A stretch of DNA of 34,500 nt from Conidiobolus incongruus B7586. Lineage: Eukaryota. The stretch spans positions 1-34,500 of the forward strand of contig JNEM01008461.1 of NCBI GenBank assembly GCA_000697335.1. The letters run 5' to 3'. The translations under genes were made by a program, and so were the position numbers. Of this stretch, positions 27,160 to 34,500 are shown in pieces (the first letter of the stretch is position 1; each line of letters begins with the position of its first letter). Below the pieces are notes generated by a model. It ran no database searches, was not told the DNA's origin, and worked only from the letters and a program-made list of their open reading frames with translations.

Positions 27160-28195
27160 AAAAATAATAATTTGTTTTATTTCTAATAACTTTTTGCTAT
27201 ACTTTTAGCAAAAATCTAACACTTAAAAAACAATTCTTTTTATTAAAGACTGAAATTTGATATTTCACAAACTAATTAAATTTTCCTGTAGAAATTTTCT
27301 TTCTTGTAAGCTAGTTTTTTAATTACTTAAAACAATTATAATTACATAGGTTATAATTTAAAGAATATACTAGATATAGTAGTTTTTTCTAGTTATTTTT
27401 AATTAAAAATTTTTTTACAACTTTAAATTTATATATTTTATAATTATCATGTAAAATAATAGGTTTTTTTAAATTTATTAAAAATACTAATTAAAAATAG
27501 TTTTATTTTAAAAAAATATAAAGTTTATTATTAATTAATTTTCTTTTAAAAATTAAATAAGAATAATGTATGTTATTATAATTTATTATAATAATTAACA
27601 TTTGTTTATTAATAAAGTATTTATTTAAAAGAATTTATAAAGGAGGTTAATTTAACTTAATCTAACATTTTAATTTATATTTTAATAAAAAATTATATAA
27701 AAAAATCTAAGATTTATTAATTATAATAATTTATTATAAAAGTTTTAGTTTCTAGTTATACTTTAATAAATTTTATTTAATAATAACTACTCTAGTTTTT
27801 TTTAAGTTTTAGTTAAATTATAAGGTATTTATTTTATATTTTTATTAATTAATTTTAATTTAAACTTTAATATATATAAATTACTTATGTAACTAATATT
27901 AAAATATCTTAATAATTCTTTAACTAAAATAAAAAAATATTTTTTAATATGTTTTTTTTTATTTTATTAACAATTAAAAAAATAATAGTTGAAATTAGTT
28001 TTTTAGATTTTAATAAGTTTTAGGTAGTTTTTTTTTAGTTTTAAAATAATTTACCTAGTAATAAATTGTTAATTTAAATAATACTTTATTATTAAAACTT
28101 GTTTATAAATTTTAAATGATTTTCAAGGGTTTATAGTTAAGTTTTACTAATACTAAAATAAAAAACTTTTGATGGTTACTATTTAGTTTAAACAT
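27160..28195 (-). pseudogene. Mariner transposase relic (about 340 codons, many stops, several homopolymer frameshifts)
   Basis: ATG at 28195. Ordered motifs as read, with back-mutated form in brackets: FNNKVLFKLTIYY*VNYFK (FGDEALSxSTIYxWVxRFK); NLLKSKKL at 28019-27996 (DLPRSGRP); *IPYNLT at 27831-27811 (WIPHDLT); IIIINKS*I (IITxDESWI); IILHDN intact, HDN at 27451-27443; *KKLLYLVYSLNYNLCNY (WExLPHPAYSPDYNPCDY); LLKV*QKVI (LPEVWQKVI). The 3' end is approximate. Confidence 0.88.
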
Positions 28196-28356
28196 AATTA
28201 AATTAAACAACTAATTTTAAAAAATTATTTTTTTAATCAAAAAAGTTATTATATATATATATATATATATATAATTTAAAAATATTTATTTTCTTATTTG
28301 TTTTGTATATATTTTTTTATTTGAAATTATTAATATGTTTGAAAAATCAGAAATTA

Positions 28357-28388
28357 AAAAATTTCCCATTTCTTCAATTCTATAGTAA
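28357..28388. repeat. Right terminal inverted repeat
   Basis: Inverted match to 27089-27120 and direct match to about 119-150. Confidence 0.85.
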
Positions 28389-29940
28389 TATATTATACCA
28401 ATTACATTTTTATAGTATTATCTTTAATTGTTGTTCATGGTATTACTATTCTATTATTTTAACTTGGTAAAGCTATGAAATTGTGTAGTGCCATTACAAC
28501 TAACATTTTATAGAATATTATTCAATGTTTGCCTAATATTCAACCAGGTAAAGAGATCATTATTAAAACAGTATCTGATGTGTGGAACAATGTAAATATT
28601 GATACAAATCAAGGTGATTTAGAAAAACAATCAAGTATATCTTGCCTTTCTACACACTCTGAAAATGTTAGTGTAATGGTCAAGATGAATGGTGAGGTAA
28701 AATATAGAGGCTCTGTAGAATTAGAATATACTAGACAAGCCTTGGAGGATAACTCAACTACTTCCAATTATTAATGCTTAATTAATAATATCAATTATAT
28801 CAAATTAAGGTAATAATAAAGGAAATATATATCATTTTACAATATCCTTAATTTTTATACTTTTCTATATACGATTGTATAATAATATTTTTGCTTCAAC
28901 ATATATTGGTTTAAATTTTCATTATTACTTACTGAATGATACATCATGAATATTTATATGCTTAAATGAACAATGTGGAGAAATTTCCTCTTCAAATAAA
29001 TAACTGCAATAAAACATCATTTCCAGTTCACATATAAATAATCCTTGTTATCATTCATTTATCTACAAATGATGTAATACAATGTTATGATAAATATTAT
29101 ATTCGTATACTCAATAAATGAATCATTTAATATATTTATTTTAAACTATTAAATATTTAATCAACTATTTTTAAAATGAATGCTAACGCAAAAATAAGTT
29201 TATATGTTTTATTACAACGAATAATTAAGTAATTTTAAATACTTAAAATTTTAGAATTATTGATTATTATTACTCAACAATTTGTAACCAATAAAAAATT
29301 CATAGTTTCTAGAAATATCTTTTTATTTTTATGTATAACTTTTATTTTCCCAAGTATAATTGTTTAAAGAAACAGAAACGTGTCAAGAAAAATAAAAACT
29401 ATTGCTTCAAAATCCTGAATTATCAATAGAATCTTCCACTAAATCCACTAATTTGGTATTTTTTTAAATGTGTTGTGATTTATAATTTAGCAGGATGATT
29501 AGGAATTTTGTTAGAGAGTTTAACCACAAGATCGGATTAAATCCATTTGCTTAATCAATTATCCACAATTAAACGTTGAAAATATTTCCTTATTTGGAAA
29601 TTTTGAGTTCAAGTAATAGGTTTGAGAGTTGCATTATAAAGAGAAGGTCAATATATACCAGTTGATGGGCTGATATACTTAGATTTTCATGAAATTCAGG
29701 GGTGAACTTGAGGTATCATTGCTTTTGGCTAGTTCCAATTATATATTTTTATCTACTTTCTACTCTTGGATGGAGTGTGTATAAAGATCCATGCTTTTGG
29801 TAAATGATTCTTGTTTAATGAGAAAATTGAAGTTTCTTTTGATTTAACTATAAATTATAAAGTTGAGGTTGAATTTGTTCAAGTTTTTAATATTTATAAA
29901 AATTTTCTACCATAGATTTCATCTATTTTTCTATGGCAAT

Positions 29941-31627
29941 ATGAGTTTAATAAGATTTTATAATACGGACGAAATCCATGTAATATGCGCTATACTGGGC
30001 GGGTTCATTCTATTTTTTGGCTTAGTCTCTCTATTTGTTAAAGAACGATTATTTCTTTCCGAAGCATGTAAGTTAATACCAGTGCTATATAGCAACAATC
30101 ATACTAATCTTTATTTTAGTGGTAGCTGTAGTATTCGGCATTATAGTTGGGCCTATAGCACTGAACTTTATTAACCCTTATGAGTGGACTAATATCGACT
30201 ATGTCACACTCGAGTTTTCTCGACTTGTAATAGGTATTCAAGTTATGGCAGCTGGTGTATCTCTTCCCAAAAAGTATGTACTAAAAGAATGGAAGTCTCT
30301 ATCCGTCCTATTATTACTTGTAATGATCTGTATGTGGATGATATCAGCAGGTTTAATTTGCGCTTTCTTCCCTCTGTCATTTTTAGAATCTTTAGTGATT
30401 GCAGCTTGTATTACACCTACTGACCCAGTATTAGCCAATTCCATTGTGAAAGGTAAATTTGCTGAGAAAAAGGTACCGATTCACTTGAGAGACATATTGT
30501 CTGCTGAGAGTGGTGCCAATGATGGATTAGGGTTTCCTTATATGTTCTTTGCTATTTTTTTACTTGTTAGTAAGTCGCCTGGACAAGCCATGGGATACTG
30601 GTTTGGTATGAGTTGGGGGTATCAAATCCTACTATCAATTATAGTTGGTATATTGGTAGGATATATTGCTCGAAAACTCTTATACTATGCAGAACGAAAT
30701 GAACTCATTGATAAAGAGTCATTTCTTGCTTTTTGGATGGCATTAGCATTATTTTTAATTGGTGTTATGAGTATGATAAATAGTGATGATTTATTATGCT
30801 GCTTTGTAGCTGGTAATTCATTTACCTGGGACGATTGGTTTCGTATGGAAACACAAGAAGCTCACTTGCAAGAAGTAGTGGATATGATTTTCAACTATTC
30901 GTTCTTTATTTACTTGGGAATGATTATCCCTTGGTCTTCATTTTCAGCTCCCGAATACGACATTCAAGTGTGGAAACTCGTCGTTCTCTCTATTCTAATC
31001 CTTATATTTCGACGATTGCCAAGCCTTGTAGCAATGTATAAGATTATCCCAGCAGTCAGAACCTTCAGAGAAGCAGTCTTTGCTGGATGGTTCGGGCCTA
31101 TTGGTGTCGGTGCTATTTTCTATGCTATGGTTGCTTTAGAAGAATTGGAGACTCCAGATGCAGCTGAATCAAATTTAAAAGTGACTCACTACTTAATGCC
31201 CATTGTGTTCTTTGTAGTATTATCGTCCATTGTAGTTCACGGCATTACTATTCCATTATTCTATTTGGGTAAAGTTGTAAAGTCCCGTAGTATTATAACT
31301 ACACAAACTGTCCATCACATTGTGAGTAGATTGCCCACAGCTGGATTGAGTCGTGAATTTAGCTCAAAAGAGAATTCTGCTATTGCATCAGATTTGTCCA
31401 AGAAGTCAAGTTTATCACAGAATTTGCCAGATCTGGAAAAACAAAATAACATTGGTTTGATTTCTGAGGATGCTAATAAATCTTTGGATATTACTATCAG
31501 ACAGGATGGTCAAGTTGTGTATAGAGGATCCATTGATGCTGCCTCTTTGCATTCTAATCAAGATACTGCAATTCCAAATCAAATAGAAAAGCCAAAAAGT
31601 CAGGCTCAAAACCCATATTTTAATTAA
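29941..31627 (+). CDS. NHA1: Plasma-membrane-type Na+(K+)/H+ antiporter, Nha1/Sod2 family, about 544 aa; exons 29941-30067 and 30120-31627
   Basis: Motifs FVKERLFLSEA, ACITPTDPVLA, LSAESGANDG, SDDLL, RRLP, FAGWFGPIGVGAIFY and SIVVHGITIP, with about 12-13 hydrophobic segments. 52-bp intron with GTAAGT donor, TACTAAT branch site and TTTTAG acceptor. Confidence 0.95.
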
Positions 31628-31948
31628 TCAAATTTAAACAATACACTAATAAAATATTAATTAAAATTAAATTTTATAATTTGACTAGTAAGATATAATA
31701 TTAAAAATATAATTAACAATCAAAGTATCAATAAATTGTTAAATGATTATAAAATTTTAGTCCAGTTGATTATCGGGCAACATATAAAAATTTAGTAAGA
31801 GAAGAACAATGGATAATATATGCTACTGTAGGATTGATCGAATTTAGGCTAAAATTTAAGTTATGTTTAGAATACAAAAAAGTGTATTTTATTATTAGAA
31901 CATGAAATCTATCTTAAAATTTCCAAATCGTAAACTACATAATCAGAA

Positions 31949-33504
31949 TTAGTAGCGCCATAATTTCAAAGTACGATCTTTGCCGCCAGAAGAAACTTTA
32001 TCACCTCCTGGGGACCAGTCAATTGCATAAACTTCATCCAAATGGCCAGGAAGATTGACCTTCAATTTTCCAGTACGATAATCCCAAACTTTACATGTGG
32101 CATCTTTGGAAGCGGAAACCAGCATTCGTGAATCTGAAGACCAGCACACCTGGTAAACTGAAGAAACATGGCCTCTAAGATTTTTAATAAACTTACCAGT
32201 GCTAGCATCCCACACCTTCACAGAGTTATCGAAAGATGCAGAGGCAATTAGACGACCATCAGGTGAAAAATTCACATGGTTGACAATCTTTTGATGACCT
32301 GTCATCCTTGCCAAAGGCTTGTCATTCTTAAGAGGATCCCAAAGGAACATGGTAAAGTCATCGGATCCTGTTACCACTCTTTCCCCATTAGTTTTGACCA
32401 CTTCATTGTATCTCTCGAGTGCCTTGGCTTGTCCTTCTTCAGGAGTATCATATCGCTTACCTGTATGATCGAATTGCCCTGTCCTAAGTACGTAATCTGT
32501 GCTTAAAGCAATTGTATTGACCCAGTGAGCATGGCCTGAAAGTGATTTAATCAAAGATCCGGTGGCTGGATTCCATAACTTAACAGTACGATCTTGGGAT
32601 GTTGTATAAATAATTCCTTGTGGAAATTGAGCCAAATCATTTCCACCACCCCATTTGACACAAGTAACGCTTGATGTGTGAGATGAAAATGTCATAATTG
32701 TCGTCCTCCTTACTGTATCCCAAATTCTTACTGTACCATCTTTGGAAGCAGTGGCTAATCGAGGATTCTTGGGATTAATATGATAAGGCTCCCAAGCTAA
32801 GCTTGTCACCCATTTTCTGTGACCATTGAGAGGATTTCCGATCATTTTACCAGTTTTAGGATCCCATAAACGTACACTTTTATCCATGCTGCCTGAAGCT
32901 AGCATACTGCCGTCAGGAGCCCACTCAAGACACAAAACCCAGTTAGAATGACCTTGGCAAGTAAACTGTGGTGTTTCAGTATTGAGATCCCAAAGACGAA
33001 CAGTTGTATCGCCAGATCCAGTAGCAAGGTATGAGCCGTCAGGAGAGAAGCGACAAGATAACAGAGCTTCTGTATGGCCACTTAAAGTTGAAGAGCATCG
33101 AGTAACTGCTCTTACGCGAAATACAGCTTGAGGGTGATAGACAATAGTTAAAGAGTCTTCGGTTGATTTTTTTCCACTTTGGATTAAATCTTCATAAACA
33201 CTACGAATTACTTCAGTTTGATCAACTTGAAATGAATAAGGCAAAGGCTCTTCCTAAATTAAAGTTAATATAATGAGTTCGAGTTAATTTTACATGTACT
33301 TACATTGTTAAGTAATTTATTCAATAGTAATGTTAATTGTTGAGGAGTGATCTGAGCAGGAATACTTAAGGGTGGGCCAGTAACCTCACCATCGGCTGTT
33401 TGGAATCTAGCCGACACAGTAGCTGTGGCTGAAATAGCTGCATTTTTAGAGTCATCAGGACCAATCTGATCTTGTACTTTCCTTTTTAAGGGTACGGAAC
33501 TCAT
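31949..33504 (-). CDS. RSA4: Ribosome assembly protein 4 / Notchless homolog (NLE/UBL domain plus WD40 repeats), about 501 aa; exons 33504-33304 and 33253-31949
   Basis: QLTLLLNKLLNN|EEPLPYSF, STEDSLTIVYHPQAVFRVRAVTRCSS, GHAHWVNTIALSTDYVLRTG and GHLDEVYAIDWSPGG; 50-bp phase-0 intron. Confidence 0.96.
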
Positions 33505-34212
33505 TTTTTTATATTAAATTTGATCAAATATTAGTATTGATTAAATCAGATATGCATTAATCATGTAGACAATTTATCAGCCATCCCTTTAATAACAAAT
33601 TCGAATTGTGGGATTGGATAATTCTTTATCAAGATATTTATCAATATTTGAAAAAATTTTGAACTGAATAAATGATAGATGAATATGAATATATACTTGG
33701 TGTAAGTTGGAAAAATAAATATATTGATTTTCTTAAATTTTAATATCTAAAATTTGATATACATATATTAATTACGTAAAGTTATTAAACGATAAATTAC
33801 ATTGAATTTCTAAATAAATTCAATATAAACACGATCCAGGTGGCCAACTATCATTATTTTGATAAGATGGATTTGAATAGATGTATATTATATAATATTA
33901 ATAATCAAATAATTATGCTTAGTGGACTTGAAGTGTCACCATATAAACACTATGTTATTTTGACTATAGCGGTTTATTGAATTATTAAGATCTCATATAT
34001 GGTAGAAAGTATTTTTTTGTATCACTATATGATATAATATTGGCTGAATACAATATGTATTTGAAAGGCAAAATTGACAATATATAATTGTAAATGAATA
34101 ATAAGTATATTAAAATAATTTAATCAATTTAAAAAATACAATGATATATTTTATTAGACTATATTGTAAAAATGAATTTAAAAAGATGTGAGGAAGTAAA
34201 GAAATAGAAAAT

Positions 34213-34500
34213 TTAGACCAATTTGACTTTCTTACGAAGAGATTCTTTGTAGGCTTCAATACCACCTTCAGTCCATTCTGTAATACGGCCATTATCAACT
34301 AACCAAATGGTTTCGGCAACTTGACTGATCAATCTGAAGTCGTGAGAGACTAAAACCATACCACCGTCGAAATCGTTGATAGCTTTGGCCAAGGAGTCGA
34401 TTGACTCCATGTCTAAGTGATTTGTAGGTTCGTCTAATAATAAGATGTGGGGTCGAGAGAGGGCCATTTCAGCAAAGACCAATCTGGATTTCAAACCATC
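34213..34500 (-). CDS. ARB1: 3' end of an ABCF-family ATPase (Arb1/ABCF2-like); partial, continues beyond the window
   Basis: Walker B/D-loop [14 protein letters not shown] and H-loop [17 protein letters not shown], typical of the ABCF2/Arb1 second nucleotide-binding domain. Confidence 0.85.
   Translation of the reverse strand, partial: DGLKSRLVFAEMALSRPHILLLDEPTNHLDMESIDSLAKAINDFDGGMVLVSHDFRLISQVAETIWLVDNGRITEWTEGGIEAYKESLRKKVKLV

Larger units (their letters stand above)
27089..28388 (-). mobile_element. Full-length (1300 bp) Tc1/mariner-superfamily element, DD34D mariner type, hypermutated
   Basis: Imperfect TIRs at 27089-27120 and 28357-28388 (25/32 match), with TA on both flanks (27087-88, 28389-90). 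Removing the element plus one TA restores GTT ATA TAT TAT ATT ATA CCA ATT (VIYYIIPI), colinear with VTHYLMPI of the paralog. An internal transposase relic lies on the minus strand. Confidence 0.92.
25839..28774 (+). pseudogene. Na+/H+ antiporter (Nha1/Sod2, CPA1) pseudogene interrupted by a mariner element
   Basis: Same 127-nt exon 1 (25839-25965) and intron position as the intact paralog. TGA-TGA at 26907-26912 where the paralog has CGA-CGA; 1.3 kb insertion at 27089-28388; a 1-nt deletion near 28410; further stops at 28460-28462 and 28511-28513. The tail retains DLEKQ and GEVKYRGS. Confidence 0.93.

Noticed and set aside
27089..28388. Insertion interpreted as a long intron or a mitochondrial DNA insertion
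   Set aside because: No GT...AG ends, introns here are about 50 bp, and TIRs plus ordered transposase motifs explain the block.
27081..28396. Apparent 9-bp target-site duplication ATATATTAT (27081-27089 and 28388-28396), suggesting a Mutator-like element
   Set aside because: Excision under this model loses 5 nt and the conserved Pro-Ile codons. The TA model restores exact colinearity with the paralog, and the internal relic is a mariner transposase.
28529..28774. 81-aa ORF as an independent gene
   Set aside because: It is the C-terminal tail of the antiporter pseudogene and starts at TTG.
29863..30174. 103-aa ORF upstream of NHA1
   Set aside because: It is exon 1 read through into the intron from a non-ATG start; the real start is 29941.
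1..34500. CRISPR arrays or prokaryotic operon/defence systems
   Set aside because: The sequence is eukaryotic with spliceosomal introns, and no repeat-spacer array was seen.

Overview
AT-rich eukaryotic DNA with short (about 46-66 bp) GT-AG introns. The Zn2Cys6 gene indicates a fungus, and the retained CstF-50 points to an early-diverging, non-ascomycete lineage (Entomophthorales/Conidiobolus-like is my inference, not verified). Gene order: Zn2Cys6 TF, EMC1, CSTF1 (13 exons, almost invisible in the ORF track), a Ser/Pro-rich protein with a Zds_C/SERTA-like helix, PP1 inhibitor-2, initiator tRNA-Met, an orphan single-pass membrane protein, a CorA/Alr1/Mnr2-family Mg2+ transporter, a tandem pair of Nha1/Sod2-type Na+/H+ antiporters (first copy a pseudogene), RSA4/Notchless, and the 3' end of ARB1/ABCF2. 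Main discovery: the 1.3 kb extremely AT-rich block interrupting the first antiporter (27089-28388) is a full-length DD34D mariner transposon with about 32-bp TIRs and a TA target duplication. Its transposase is readable only after reversing C->T/G->A transitions, and the damage favours CpA/TpG (TGG->TAG, CCA->CTA, CCT spared). This looks like RIP-like genome defence in a fungus outside the lineage where RIP is established. The damage extends into the host gene, a second copy of the element ends at position 150, and a 528-bp perfect repeat between the two antiporters is untouched. All alignments and translations were done by eye.
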